From assembly GCA_003135855.1 (NCBI GenBank), contig PNBD01000044.1, forward strand, positions 10,905 through 74,904: DNA of 64,000 nt, given 5' to 3'. How positions within the stretch are numbered: position 1 is the stretch's first letter; each line of letters begins with the position of its first letter. The position numbers and the translations under genes were made by a program. This document shows positions 18,763 through 29,425 of the stretch, piece after piece. This DNA is from Deltaproteobacteria bacterium. GTDB lineage: Bacteria > Desulfobacterota > Binatia > Binatales > Binataceae. The notes beneath the pieces were generated by a model. It worked only from the letters and a program-made list of their open reading frames with translations, did not search any database and was not told where the DNA came from.

Positions 18763-20100
18763 ATGAACTTTGCCAAAATTAGATCACGCAGTAACTGGCT
18801 CATGTTGACGGCCGGAGGCTGTCTTGCGCTCGCCTCGCCCGCAAGCGCCGAAACTCACGCCGCATCGAAGATCGATGGTGCCGACACCGCCTGGCTGCTG
18901 CTCTCGGCTGCTCTCGTGCTGATGATGACGATCCCCGGGCTCGCGCTTTTCTACGGCGGGTTGGTGCGGCGCAAGAACGTGCTCTCGACCCTGATCCAGA
19001 GCTTCATCCTGGTCGCGATCGTGTCGATTCAATGGGTGCTGTTCGGCTACAGCCTGGCGTTCTCGCCGGGCAATGCGATCGTCGGCAGTCTCTCTTGGGT
19101 CGGATTGATGGGCGTCAGCGCCACGACGCCGTATGCGGATTATTCCGCCACGGTGCCGCATCAGGCGCACATGATCTATCAATGCATGTTCGCCGTGATC
19201 ACGCCGGCGTTAATCACCGGCGCAATCGCGGAGCGGATGTCATTCAAGGGGTTTCTCGTCTTCAGCATTCTGTGGATCACGTTCATTTACGATCCGCTTG
19301 CGCACTGGGTATGGGGCGTTGACGGATGGATTCGTCAGCTCGGCGTGCTCGATTTCGCGGGCGGCACCGTCGTGCATATTTCGTCGGGAGTCGCGGCGCT
19401 GGCGGGTGCTTTGACGATCGGTCCGCGCCGAGGTTACCCGCATGTGCCGATGCGACCGCACAATCTGACGATGGCGCTTACCGGCGCCGCGCTGCTGTGG
19501 GTCGGGTGGTTCGGGTTCAACGCCGGCAGTTCATTGGCGGCCAACGGCCTTGCAGTTTCGGCGTTTGTCGCAACGCACCTGGGGGCCTCGTCAGCCACCC
19601 TCTCATGGCTGGCGATAGAATGGTGGACCAGTGGACGACCCACCCTGCTTGGCGCGGCGAGCGGCGCAGTCGCCGGCCTTGTCGCAATCACGCCAGCGTC
19701 AGGATTCGTCGGGCCGATGGCGTCACTCGTTATTGGCGGCGCCGCGGGGATTCTATGTTTCTCGGCGGTGCGAATGAAACAGCGCTTCGGCTATGACGAC
19801 GCGCTCGATGTTGTCGGCGTTCACGGGGTCGGCGGCATCTGGGGCGCGCTCGCGACCGGACTATTTGCCAGCACCCTGGTCAACTCAGCCGGCGCCAACG
19901 GCCTCTTTTTCGGCAATCCGCGCTTGCTGATGATGCAGGCGATTGCGGTCGTAGCGACCATGGCGTTTTCCTTCATCGGGACCATGGTGTTGCTGAAAGT
20001 CACCGATGCGCTGGTGGGAATCCGGGTGTTCGATGAAGACGAGGAGATCGGTCTCGACCTAAGTCAGCACGAAGAAAGCGGATACGCCTTCGAGGGGTAG
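18763..20100 (+). CDS. amt: Ammonium transporter (Amt/MEP family) with signal peptide
   Basis: ATG 18763 with a GGAG RBS. Cleavable signal, then DTAWLLLSAALVLMMTIPGLALFYGG..., a classical Amt pattern with 11 TMs. Confidence 0.9.
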   Translation: MNFAKIRSRSNWLMLTAGGCLALASPASAETHAASKIDGADTAWLLLSAALVLMMTIPGLALFYGGLVRRKNVLSTLIQSFILVAIVSIQWVLFGYSLAFSPGNAIVGSLSWVGLMGVSATTPYADYSATVPHQAHMIYQCMFAVITPALITGAIAERMSFKGFLVFSILWITFIYDPLAHWVWGVDGWIRQLGVLDFAGGTVVHISSGVAALAGALTIGPRRGYPHVPMRPHNLTMALTGAALLWVGWFGFNAGSSLAANGLAVSAFVATHLGASSATLSWLAIEWWTSGRPTLLGAASGAVAGLVAITPASGFVGPMASLVIGGAAGILCFSAVRMKQRFGYDDALDVVGVHGVGGIWGALATGLFASTLVNSAGANGLFFGNPRLLMMQAIAVVATMAFSFIGTMVLLKVTDALVGIRVFDEDEEIGLDLSQHEESGYAFEG

Positions 20101-20123
20101 ATTTGTTCGCAACGGCGAAGCCG

Positions 20124-20369
20124 CTAGCGCTGCATCGCCTGGAAAATAAAAGGAGTTGCCTCGGCCATGACTTCGCCGACGACCTCGCCGAGTGGCTTGC
20201 TCGGCATCGCGAGCTTTTCCGTCAGCGAGGTCATGATCCTCAAGTAGTGCTGCTTCATTTCGGCGCTGATGGTCTCGAGCCTGACTTGTTCCATCACCTC
20301 GATGAATCGGCGATGCATTTCGACAATTTCGAGATCGGTCGGATCGGTAAACTTCTTGCCGCGCGCCAT
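20124..20369 (-). CDS. Hypothetical small protein (81 aa, helical, no recognised family)
   Basis: Chosen over the overlapping plus-strand ORF 20103-20372 because its third-codon-position GC (~75%) matches host genes, whereas the plus frame is ~60%. No homology assignable. Confidence 0.35.
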   Translation of the reverse strand: MARGKKFTDPTDLEIVEMHRRFIEVMEQVRLETISAEMKQHYLRIMTSLTEKLAMPSKPLGEVVGEVMAEATPFIFQAMQR

Positions 20370-20536
20370 TGATGCACCCTGGCTGTTGGATTCGTCGATT
20401 GGTCATCGCCAGAATATCAGAGCGGTCCGCTTTTGCCGATGACGACTGGCAGCGTATCGCCGCGGCCGCACCTGCAAGTTGCGACCAGGCGGGCGAATTG
20501 ATAACGCCTCTCTGAGCGGAGGAAGCCACCATACCC

Positions 20537-22927
20537 GTGCCGGCAACGATGCGCAGAATCCTCGTCTGGTCGAGCGTCGCTCTGAGCGTCGTCTTCGCGA
20601 TCGCCGGCGCACTCATTACGTATGCGTTCTTCAATCTCAGTTCGATCGTCAATTCGAACCAGCATCGCATTCTCAATCGAGTCAGTGCGGCGCTCGGACG
20701 CGCGATCGTGGTCCAGAAAATACAAGCGCGTGCCGGTTGGGGTGTTTATGCAGAATTGACCGGTCTGACGATCGCTGACGATCCGGCTTTCTCAAAACGC
20801 CCGTTCCTTGCCGCCGACGAAGTATCAGCGAGGCTCGAGTTCATTCCGCTTCTCGGAGGCGAGGTCAAAGTCAAGCGTATCGAATTTATCAAACCGGACA
20901 TCCGGGTGTTGATGAACGCGCAGGGCGCTCTCAATCTCGATTCGCTCGGCGGACCGCCTGAGACCCCGGCCACTCAAAATGAAAAACACCACGGAGGAAA
21001 ACGATCGGCGCTGGCTGACTTGTCAATCGGTTCGTTCAGCGTCGAAGATGGCGCGATTTATTACACCGATCTCTCGCAACAAGCCACGCCCATCGAGTTC
21101 AATCACATTGAGCTGGAGCTCGCCAATGTCAGCGCCACTGCTCCATTCGATGTCGACCTGAAGGCTTCGGTTCTGGGTGAGGAGCACAACGCCCAGGCTT
21201 CCGGCAAAGTCGGCCCGCTGCTCAAAGACGGCGTACTCGACCTGTCCGCGCTCCCGCTTGATCTCAAGTTCGGCTGTGATTCAATCAAGCTCGATCGCGT
21301 TCGTTCACTCGCCGACGTCGGCTCCGCCATACCGAAGCAGCTCTCGATCTCCGATCCGTTTTCGGTGAGTGGCATCATCAAGGGAACGTGGGCGGAAATG
21401 CCGTTCACGGTCGGCACCGACCTGACCGCGCATCGGCTGGTATATGCGGGCGCGCTCGACAAGCTGGCAGGGGCTCGGCTCGAGATAAATCTCAGCGGAA
21501 CTTTCACCGACCAACTCAATGTTTCGAAAATGAACGCCAAGCTGGCCGACCTCGAACTGGCTGCGAAGAACATTTCGATCGGAGGTAAACGTCCGCCGAG
21601 CGCGCAAATCGATACCAACAGTTTCAGCCTCGCGAGCCTGGCCGCGATCGTGCCACCGATGACGAGTTATGGGCTCTCCGGCACCGGCGAGCTCCATGGA
21701 AATGTGAAACTCATCAATGGCGAGCCCGACCTCGATGGAACCGTGACGCTGAATAATGTTGCGGCGAAGCCTGGGGCATCGTGGCCGGCTATTTCCGAGT
21801 TGAGTGGCGCGTTCCGCTTTCAGCCCGGCAATGAGATCACCGAGAAGGCAACTTTCGTGATTGGCTCGTCGAAAGCGTCACTCGAAGCGCACGTCGCGTC
21901 ATCAAATCCGTTGAATGTCAGCTATACGTTACAGGCGGACGCGCTGAAACTGGCAGATCTGTACCCCGATCGGCCGGCCGGCGAAATAGTCAATCAAATA
22001 GTCATTAGCGGTACCGCCGACGGTGCGCTGAACTCGCCGCGGCTCAACGCCCGGATCAAATCGCCCGAAGGACAACTGGCAAACATCGGCTACCTGAATC
22101 TCGACGCAACCGTTGCGTATAAGGACGGCCGACTCGATGCGATCCCGCTCAAGATGAATCTGCTGGACGGTTCGATCTCCGCGCAGATTGACGCGAGTCT
22201 CGGCGCAGAGCCGCACTTCACCGTCGCGATCGCGATGAACAATCTGAATGTCGAACAAGGATTGCGTTCGCAAAGCATCGGAGCTGCCGACACGGTTCGC
22301 GGATTTCTGAGCGGCAACGTGGCGGCTTCGGGCGCCGGTTCATCGTGGGATCGCATCAAGCCGACACTGCGCGGCAGCGGACGACTCGCGCTCGCGAACG
22401 GAAAGTTGGTGGGGGTGAATATTGTCGCCGACGCGATCAACGCCGTCGCCGCTGCGCCCGGTGTTAGCCAGATCGTCAAGGTCGCGTTTTCGCCGAGCCA
22501 TCACGGTTTGCTGGTCGATCCGGATACCGAACTCAACAGTGCGAGCATGAGTTTCCAACTGGTTGGAACGCGGTTTACGACTCACGATTTGAGGGCAACC
22601 TCGCCGGACTACGGAATCAGGGGCGACGGATGGTTCGACATGGACAAGAACCTGGCGATGGAGGCGGACATCACGCTGTCGTTCGGCGTGCAAATCGCGA
22701 TACCGGTGTCGGTCTCTGGAAAACTGCCCGGCGTCCACGTTTTGCCGGACCTCCCGATGCTCGCGGAGCGCGTGGCGGTGGGCACGATCACCGCGCCCGG
22801 TCGCATCATCCAGAGTGGCGTGAGTGCGGTCGGCACGCTGATTCGCGGCGGCTCGTCCACTGGTTCAAGATCGAATTCTTCTTCGCTGCCCAATCCATTG
22901 AACACCGTCAAGGGTTGGTTTCAGTGA
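20537..22927 (+). CDS. AsmA-family protein (N-terminal membrane anchor, long beta-rich periplasmic domain)
   Basis: 796 aa. N-terminal TM VWSSVALSVVFAIAGALITYAFF, then a low-complexity beta-strand-rich repeat architecture typical of the AsmA/TamB-like superfamily. Confidence 0.6.
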   Translation: MPATMRRILVWSSVALSVVFAIAGALITYAFFNLSSIVNSNQHRILNRVSAALGRAIVVQKIQARAGWGVYAELTGLTIADDPAFSKRPFLAADEVSARLEFIPLLGGEVKVKRIEFIKPDIRVLMNAQGALNLDSLGGPPETPATQNEKHHGGKRSALADLSIGSFSVEDGAIYYTDLSQQATPIEFNHIELELANVSATAPFDVDLKASVLGEEHNAQASGKVGPLLKDGVLDLSALPLDLKFGCDSIKLDRVRSLADVGSAIPKQLSISDPFSVSGIIKGTWAEMPFTVGTDLTAHRLVYAGALDKLAGARLEINLSGTFTDQLNVSKMNAKLADLELAAKNISIGGKRPPSAQIDTNSFSLASLAAIVPPMTSYGLSGTGELHGNVKLINGEPDLDGTVTLNNVAAKPGASWPAISELSGAFRFQPGNEITEKATFVIGSSKASLEAHVASSNPLNVSYTLQADALKLADLYPDRPAGEIVNQIVISGTADGALNSPRLNARIKSPEGQLANIGYLNLDATVAYKDGRLDAIPLKMNLLDGSISAQIDASLGAEPHFTVAIAMNNLNVEQGLRSQSIGAADTVRGFLSGNVAASGAGSSWDRIKPTLRGSGRLALANGKLVGVNIVADAINAVAAAPGVSQIVKVAFSPSHHGLLVDPDTELNSASMSFQLVGTRFTTHDLRATSPDYGIRGDGWFDMDKNLAMEADITLSFGVQIAIPVSVSGKLPGVHVLPDLPMLAERVAVGTITAPGRIIQSGVSAVGTLIRGGSSTGSRSNSSSLPNPLNTVKGWFQ

Positions 22928-22931
22928 TCGC

Positions 22932-23468
22932 GTGGCTCCGCTGCGCGATATCCTGACGATCAAGCCGCGAATATTGTTCGTTGGAATCAATCCGAGTCTT
23001 CGCTCCGAGCAGGTCGGCCACCATTTCGCGAGCCCCGGAAATCCGTTCTGGCGTCTGCTCTACACGGCGCGTCTGATTCCCGAGGAACTCACATGCGACG
23101 ACGACGCGAGGCTGACCGAGTATGGCTTGGCGCTGACTAATCTATGCGCTCGCGCGACGCGATCGGCCGCCGAGCTGACCACGGACGAGATGAATCGCGG
23201 CAAGCGCACGCTCGAAAGAAAGATCCGAAAAGCTAATCCGCAGGTCGTCGCGTTCGTCGGGATTTCTATCTTCCGGCGATTTTTCGGTGTCGCCGCGGGC
23301 GACGGCGCGGGCCTCAAGCGCGAAACGATCGATAGCGCGCGCGTTTTCGTATTGCCGAATCCGAGCGGGCTGAATGCAAGCTTTCCTGGCTTCAAGGACA
23401 AACTCGTCTGGTTCAACCAGCTCCGCGAATTCGTCGAATCTGAATTTCCGGACTCAAATTCGAATTGA
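22932..23468 (+). CDS. mug: G/U mismatch-specific uracil-DNA glycosylase (Mug/TDG family)
   Basis: ILFVGINPSLRSEQVGHHFASPGNPFW and VLPNPSGLN motifs match UDG family 2. Confidence 0.8.
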   Translation: MAPLRDILTIKPRILFVGINPSLRSEQVGHHFASPGNPFWRLLYTARLIPEELTCDDDARLTEYGLALTNLCARATRSAAELTTDEMNRGKRTLERKIRKANPQVVAFVGISIFRRFFGVAAGDGAGLKRETIDSARVFVLPNPSGLNASFPGFKDKLVWFNQLREFVESEFPDSNSN

Positions 23469-23720
23469 GCATTCTGAGCGTTGAACTATGTGCGGCGTGA
23501 AACTACCATCGGCGATCGATTCGTAAACTCCTTGCAGAGGCAGGAACGATGAAGCGTCTCAGCGCACGGTCAAAAGCAAAGGCTGGACGAACCGGCAGTA
23601 AGCCGAAAATTCATGCTGCTAACGGACGAGGCGGTCGCCGCAAGAAAATCGCATTGCTGGTCGGGACGCGCAAGGGCGCGTTCATTTACTACGGCGACTC
23701 GGAGCGGCGACCCTTTCCTG

Positions 23721-23981
23721 ATGCGAGGGACTATACCCAGTCCGCTTCGCTCATATACTCAGGGGCGAAGCGAAGTTGCTACTTCCGCCACGAGCTTTGC
23801 GGAGCTACTGACTAATCTCGATGCGGCCTTTCCCGGCATCCGTTTCCGCATGATCGACGAACAGGATCGCATCCGCCGTCACATCCGGTTTTTCGTGAAT
23901 CGGGAACAGGTGACGGATCTGTCGCAGGCGCTCACCGACGATGACGAAGTGCAAATCCTCTGCGCGCTCAGCGGCGGCTGA
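23721..23981 (+). CDS. MoaD/ThiS/CysO-like ubiquitin-fold sulfur-carrier protein ending in Gly-Gly
   Basis: 86 aa from ATG 23721. TIPSPLRSYTQGRSEV...FAELLTNLDAAFPGIRFRMIDEQDRIRRHIRFFVNREQV...DDDEVQILCALSGG aligns position by position with CysO/MoaD2. The track's 23613 start adds a non-homologous leader. Confidence 0.7.
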   Translation: MRGTIPSPLRSYTQGRSEVATSATSFAELLTNLDAAFPGIRFRMIDEQDRIRRHIRFFVNREQVTDLSQALTDDDEVQILCALSGG

Positions 23982-23997
23982 TTTTCACTCGGCCGAC

Positions 23998-24786
23998 TTA
24001 CTCCTGTTTCACCAGCAATCCGCGCCGGCGCGCCGCTTCAAAGATCCAGCGGAAACCGCCGATCGCCAGCACGAAGTACACCGCGTTCAGCCCGGCGCCC
24101 CACCAGAAATGAAACCACGAAAATCCCTGGCCGGCGAGCACGCTGCGCATCCCTTCGAACGAATGCGCCGTCGGGAGCATCCATGCTACTCCGCGCAGCA
24201 CCCTCGGCAGTGCGGCGATCGGATAGAACACGCACGAGACTGGCTGCAGCAATCCCGCGAAACTCCACGCGAGCCCCTGAATCTTGGTCGTGTAACGAAA
24301 GATAAGTCCGGTGATCATCACGCCGAGCGAGAGCGCGAAAAACACCAGGTTCGCCATGTACGGCATGAACTTCGGCAACATCGGAAAGATGTCGAACGAG
24401 TACGCGGCCATCGCGATCAACGATGCGGCGACCAGTCCGACCATTGCCTTGAGAAAGTTCACCAGGATTAGCCCGGTCAGGTATTCCCACACCGTGAGCG
24501 GCGTCGAGAAAAGATTGATCAGGTTGCGCGACCACAACTCATCGAGAAAGCCGACCGCCATGTCGCGCTGAAACGAAAAAAATAATCCCCACAGGATTGC
24601 CGCGCCGAGCAGGAAGCTGACCAAACCCGGTTGCAGGCGATTCCCGCGCGCCAGATAGATCGTGAAAAAGCCCCACACGATGATGTCGAGCACGGGCCAG
24701 TAAACCATGTCCGCGATGCGATCCATGTTGCGGCGCGCCTCGTAGTAATGGCGTTCGATCACGGCGACTATGCGATACGTTTTCAT
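23998..24786 (-). CDS. ABC-2 type transporter permease
   Basis: 262 aa, six TMs, ABC-2 family pattern. The gene partially overlaps the ATPase (24783-24786). Confidence 0.75.
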   Translation of the reverse strand: MKTYRIVAVIERHYYEARRNMDRIADMVYWPVLDIIVWGFFTIYLARGNRLQPGLVSFLLGAAILWGLFFSFQRDMAVGFLDELWSRNLINLFSTPLTVWEYLTGLILVNFLKAMVGLVAASLIAMAAYSFDIFPMLPKFMPYMANLVFFALSLGVMITGLIFRYTTKIQGLAWSFAGLLQPVSCVFYPIAALPRVLRGVAWMLPTAHSFEGMRSVLAGQGFSWFHFWWGAGLNAVYFVLAIGGFRWIFEAARRRGLLVKQE

Positions 24787-25523
24787 GCGGCTTTGCCTTT
24801 GACGACGCGCATGAAGACTTCTTCCAGCGCCGGCGTCTCGCGTTCCTCTTCAAGGATCGCTTGCGTGATTTCGATCGGGCTGCCACTCGCGATCACCTTC
24901 CCGTGATGGAGAAAAATGATGCGGTTACACATCCGCTCGACCTCGTCCATGTTGTGCGAGGTGTAGAGGATAGTGGTGCCGTGTTCGCGCTGCGCCTCGA
25001 GCAAAATGTTTTTCACCTGCCATGCGATCTCCGGGTCGAGATAGGCAGTCGGCTCGTCGAGCAGGAGCAGGCGCGGATTGTTCATGAACGCCTTGCACAG
25101 ACCGACCCGAGTGTTTTCACCCGACGACAATCGCGCAATCGGCTTCTTGCAGAGCCCTGTGATTCCAAACAGCTCGAGCAATTCGTCGATTCGTTCGCGC
25201 GGATTGGGAATCGCGTACAGCCGCGCAAAGATCTTCAGGTTCTCCATCACGGTCAGCCGGTACGGAAATGCCACGTACGGCGACGTGAAATTCATCTGCT
25301 GGAGAATTTCCTCACGATCGGTCGCGATCGATTTGCCGAAAATCTCGATTCGGCCCGAGGTCGGCGTGATCAAGCCGAGAATCATGTGGATCGTCGTAGT
25401 CTTGCCCGCGCCGTTAGGACCAAGCAGGCCGACGATTTCGCCGGCCTCGATGTGGAACGAGACCTTCTCGACGGCGGTAAAGTCGCGAAATGTCTTGGTC
25501 AGATTTTCCACTTGTACGAGCAT
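24783..25523 (-). CDS. ABC transporter ATP-binding protein
   Basis: Walker A GPNGAGKTT, signature LSSGE, Walker B LLLDEP. Confidence 0.9.
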   Translation of the reverse strand: MLVQVENLTKTFRDFTAVEKVSFHIEAGEIVGLLGPNGAGKTTTIHMILGLITPTSGRIEIFGKSIATDREEILQQMNFTSPYVAFPYRLTVMENLKIFARLYAIPNPRERIDELLELFGITGLCKKPIARLSSGENTRVGLCKAFMNNPRLLLLDEPTAYLDPEIAWQVKNILLEAQREHGTTILYTSHNMDEVERMCNRIIFLHHGKVIASGSPIEITQAILEEERETPALEEVFMRVVKGKAA

Positions 25524-25863
25524 CGGCTTGCCTGCCTTCGACGTTTGACGTCGTTTGATCGAAAAAAAACGGCCACAGATGACTTACTCACCCGTGGCCG
25601 CCTGAACGCGTTTGTTGATCTGTCAGCTAGTCAATCTACGTTCGAGCACACTCCCACGGGACGATCGCCCCGGTTCTTTTCTGGATTGTTCAACATCTTG
25701 GGAGTGCCTTCTTAACGTCGAAGCCGAGAATCTAGCACAGCGGCGCGCAGCAGGCCACACCGGATGAGTTCGCTGAACTCGTCAACAAGCTTTCGAGAAA
25801 AACAGAAAAGGCCGAACGGCGAACCGTCCGGCCCTGGTGATTCAGGCAAATGGTGCAGTCGTA

Positions 25864-27588
25864 TCAGGCGCTGGCGGTCGGTGCCGGCTGAGGACCGCGA
25901 ATCAGCTTACCCGGCATCGCCTCGGTCGGCTTGCCGTCTTGGAACGTAACCTCGCCGCTTACCACCGTGTACTTGTAGCCGTCGGCGCGCTGGATCAATC
26001 GGCGCCCGCCCGCCGGCAGATCGAACACCATCTGCGGCGGATGCAGCTTCAGGCCCGCGAGATCGATCACATTCACGTCGGCTTTCATGCCGGGCGCGAG
26101 CACTCCTCGATCGTGCAGTCCGTAGAACTTCGCGGTGTCGCTGGTCTGGCGCTTCACCACAAACTCGATCGGCAGACGCTCGCCGCGGCTGCGATCGCGC
26201 ACCCAGTGCGTCAGCAAATAGGTCGGCATGCTGCAGTCGCAGATGAGTCCGCAATGCGCACCGCCGTCACTGAGGCCGAGCGCCGTGATCGGATCGAGCA
26301 GCATCTCGCGCAGCGCGTCGAAGTTGTAGTCCGAGTAATTCGCGAACGGAGCGTACAGAAGTTCGCGGCCGTTGCGCTGCAGCATCATCTCGTAGGTAAG
26401 CTCCTGCGAAGTTTTGCCTTCACGCTGCGCGCGCGCCGCGATGCTGTCCTCGCGCTTGGGCTCGTAGTTCGGCGGATCGCCGAGCGCGAAATATTTGTCG
26501 AAGTTCGTCACGAAATAAGTCGTCATCCGATCCTTGACGCCGGGTTGATCGGCAAGGATTCGCGCGCGCGTTTCCGGCTCGCGCATCTTCGCAACGCGCT
26601 CGTCGATCGGCATATGCGCAATCTCCTTATAAGCCGGATGCGTGATGAATGGATGCAGCGAACTCTCGAGGCCCATCAGCATCCCGGTCGGACGCCCGGG
26701 AATTTGCGGCACCAGGTGCGCGCCTTCCGCATTGTATTTCCGCACGCGATCGAGCACTCGCCGAAATGCCGTTGGATCGTTATCGGTCTGCGCCATCGCG
26801 AACGTGATCGGCAGACCGGTTTCAGTCGAGAGCTTAATCATCCATTCCATCGTCGCGTCGGCGCCCACCATGTCCGACGCCATCTCGAACACGCCGTGAC
26901 CCACGTCGCCCATCGCGCGCCCGATTCCAAGCAACTCCGCCTCGCTGGCGAAGGTGCCCGGCACCAGTTCCTTGTTCTTGGCGCGATGCAGCATCGTGCG
27001 CGAGGTCGTGAATCCGAGCGCCCCGGCCTTCAGCGCATCGCGCACCAGCGCCGCCATCTTTGCGATGTCATCCGGCGTCGCTTCCTCGTTGTGCGCTCCG
27101 CGATCGCCCATGACGTAGGTCCTGAGCGACCCGTGCGGCATCTGTGCGCCGACGTCCAGCACGCGCTTCATCTTCTCGATCGCGTCCATGTACTCGGGGA
27201 ACGATTCCCAATTCCACTTGATTCCTTCCGACAGCGCGGTGCCCGGAATGTCCTCGACGCCTTCCATCAAGCCGATCAGGAATTCCTCCTGGCCGCGCTG
27301 GACGGGCGCGAAGCCGACGCCGCAGTTGCCCATGACGAGCGTCGTCACGCCGTGCCAGCTAGACGGACTCAAGTATGGATCCCACGTGACCTGACCGTCG
27401 TAGTGCGTGTGTATGTCGACCCAGCCGGGTGCGACTACCAGTCCGGTTGCGTCGATTTCGCGCCGTGCCGCGCCGGCTTTGCCGCCGGCACTTGTGATGA
27501 CGCCGTCATCGATCGCGATATCGCCGGTAAACGCGGGCGCGCCGGTGCCGTCAACGATTTTGCCGTTTCGAATTACCAGATCATGCAT
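25864..27588 (-). CDS. N-acyl-D-amino-acid deacylase family amidohydrolase (D-aminoacylase-like)
   Basis: [14 protein letters not shown]...[12 protein letters not shown] metal-binding motif, 574 aa. The long plus-strand ORF 25837-27696 is antisense. Confidence 0.8.
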   Translation of the reverse strand: MHDLVIRNGKIVDGTGAPAFTGDIAIDDGVITSAGGKAGAARREIDATGLVVAPGWVDIHTHYDGQVTWDPYLSPSSWHGVTTLVMGNCGVGFAPVQRGQEEFLIGLMEGVEDIPGTALSEGIKWNWESFPEYMDAIEKMKRVLDVGAQMPHGSLRTYVMGDRGAHNEEATPDDIAKMAALVRDALKAGALGFTTSRTMLHRAKNKELVPGTFASEAELLGIGRAMGDVGHGVFEMASDMVGADATMEWMIKLSTETGLPITFAMAQTDNDPTAFRRVLDRVRKYNAEGAHLVPQIPGRPTGMLMGLESSLHPFITHPAYKEIAHMPIDERVAKMREPETRARILADQPGVKDRMTTYFVTNFDKYFALGDPPNYEPKREDSIAARAQREGKTSQELTYEMMLQRNGRELLYAPFANYSDYNFDALREMLLDPITALGLSDGGAHCGLICDCSMPTYLLTHWVRDRSRGERLPIEFVVKRQTSDTAKFYGLHDRGVLAPGMKADVNVIDLAGLKLHPPQMVFDLPAGGRRLIQRADGYKYTVVSGEVTFQDGKPTEAMPGKLIRGPQPAPTASA

Positions 27589-27706
27589 CGCTGCGTGCTC
27601 CTCTCGTTCTACTCGCTTGGTCGATACGATGGATTCAATACCGCTATGCGAAAGGGCAGCCCGATTGCCGGACTGCCCTTCGCTTCATTCTTCTAACGAA
27701 AACAAA

Positions 27707-28789
27707 TCAGGCCGCTTCCGCCTTTATGCCGTTGAGCTTCTTCAGCTCGGGCATAACTTCCTTGGCGAACAGACGCAGGCTCTTCTCCGCGTCATCGTAC
27801 GGCATTCCCGCATAGCTGAAGACGCCGGTGTAGTGGTCGGCGCCGACCTTTTGACGGATGTCGTCGATCTTGCTGAAGCACATCTCGGGCGTGCCCCAAA
27901 CCTGGAGGTTCAGGAAGTACTCGATCGACGCGTCGGTGTTGCCGCCGAGGCTCTTCGCCATCTGCTCGTAGTACTCGTAGCCCTTGGCCTTGCCGAAATG
28001 TTCGCTCGCCATCTCGTAGTGACGCAGCGCAGTATTCCAGTAGCCGCCGATGTACTTCACCGCCATCTCGCGCGCGCGATCGGCGCTCTTGTCGCAGAAG
28101 GTCCAGCCCGCCGCGATCGTCGGCAGCGGCTCTCCGCCGTTCACTTGCTTGTAGATAGTGCGATACTCGCCCAGTTCCTGCGCGACTGCTTCCCACGGCT
28201 TCTGCGGAATTATCAGGATGCCGATGCCCAGCTTCGCCATGATCCGCGCCGACTCGGGCGAGACGGCCGCGGCGTAAGTGCGTCCCTTGAACGACTTGAA
28301 CGGCTTGGGCCGGATGTCGCGGCGCGGCTGCTTGATGTACTTGCCGTCGTATTCGCAGTAGCCCTTCTCGAGTCCCTCGATCAGCATCTCGGCTGATTCG
28401 ATAAAGCGCTCGCGCGATTCGCCGAGCGGTACGCGGAAGCCCTCGAACTCGATCCGCGCAAGCCCGCGCCCGAGGCCCAGGATCATGCGCCCGTTCGACA
28501 TGTGATCGACCACCGACACCTGCTCCGCGACGCGCATCGGGTCATGCCACGGCATCACGACCACCATCGATCCAAGCTGAATCGTCTTGGTGCGTCCCGC
28601 GTAATAGGTCAGGAACTGCAGCACGTCGGGGCACATCGTGTAGTCGTCGAAATGATGCTCGACGCTCCAGATCGAATCGAATCCGAGCGGCTCGTACATA
28701 TCGCCGATACGCAGCTCGCGTTGATAAACTTCGACGTCTGAACGTTCATTCATTGGGTTTTGAAAAATTACAGCGCCACCGACTTTCAT
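27707..28789 (-). CDS. LLM-class (luciferase-like) flavin/F420-dependent oxidoreductase
   Basis: TIM-barrel LLM pattern (GFDSIWSVEHHF, MILGLGRG). Confidence 0.8.
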   Translation of the reverse strand: MKVGGAVIFQNPMNERSDVEVYQRELRIGDMYEPLGFDSIWSVEHHFDDYTMCPDVLQFLTYYAGRTKTIQLGSMVVVMPWHDPMRVAEQVSVVDHMSNGRMILGLGRGLARIEFEGFRVPLGESRERFIESAEMLIEGLEKGYCEYDGKYIKQPRRDIRPKPFKSFKGRTYAAAVSPESARIMAKLGIGILIIPQKPWEAVAQELGEYRTIYKQVNGGEPLPTIAAGWTFCDKSADRAREMAVKYIGGYWNTALRHYEMASEHFGKAKGYEYYEQMAKSLGGNTDASIEYFLNLQVWGTPEMCFSKIDDIRQKVGADHYTGVFSYAGMPYDDAEKSLRLFAKEVMPELKKLNGIKAEAA

Positions 28790-28945
28790 CTATAAGGCCT
28801 CCGTGAGCCTGGAACTACGGTCGTCCATGTGGACGTACCAGTGTTGGCTTGAATAACATCACATACCAATCGTTCAATAATAAAGCAAAGCGCGGATTGT
28901 CGCCACGAACCGCGTGACTGCCGCGGGTTCGAGTAAGGGGTCGTT

Positions 28946-29425
28946 ATGATGAAAGGAAGCTGTCTATGCGGAGGCGTTCGCTTCGAAATCGAAAAAGCGG
29001 TCGGGCCATTCGAATTGTGCCATTGTCATCGATGCAGGAAAGTGTCGGGCTCGGCGTTCAGCGCGGGTCTCGGCGTGATGACGAAGGATTTTCGGCTTAT
29101 CGAAGGCGGGGAGTTGATCAGTACATACGAAGCGCCGATCTTACGCGAGCCGCCGCCGTATCGCAATTTTTTCTGCCGCCGATGCGGCTCGCCGGTGCCA
29201 AATCCGAAACCGGATTCAACATGGTTCGAAGTTCCGTCCGGTTCGCTCGATGACGATCCTGAGCTAAAAGCTGACAAGCACATCTTCGTCGAATTCAGAG
29301 CGCCGTGGTTTGAAATCGCCGACAATCTGCCACAGTACGATCTGAACGCGTTGCGAAAATTGCGCAGCGCCGGTAACGATCAGAAAGCTCAGAGTAAATT
29401 GCGCAGCACCAGGGACCCAGACTAA
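28946..29425 (+). CDS. GFA-family protein (glutathione-dependent formaldehyde-activating enzyme/CENP-V fold)
   Basis: GSCLCGGVRF plus CHCHRC, CRRCG zinc-binding Cys pattern. Confidence 0.8.
   Translation: MMKGSCLCGGVRFEIEKAVGPFELCHCHRCRKVSGSAFSAGLGVMTKDFRLIEGGELISTYEAPILREPPPYRNFFCRRCGSPVPNPKPDSTWFEVPSGSLDDDPELKADKHIFVEFRAPWFEIADNLPQYDLNALRKLRSAGNDQKAQSKLRSTRDPD

Noticed and set aside
20103-20372. 89-aa plus-strand ORF downstream of amt
   Set aside because: Overlaps the better-supported 81-aa minus-strand frame and has lower GC3 (~60%).
23549-23815. 88-aa ORF overlapping the start of the MoaD-like gene
   Set aside because: Lower GC3 than host genes and no family resemblance. The MoaD-like frame aligns fully from ATG 23721. 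Kept only as a remote possibility of a leader peptide.
25837-27696. 619-aa plus-strand ORF
   Set aside because: Antisense to the D-aminoacylase gene. Arg/His-rich, no motifs.
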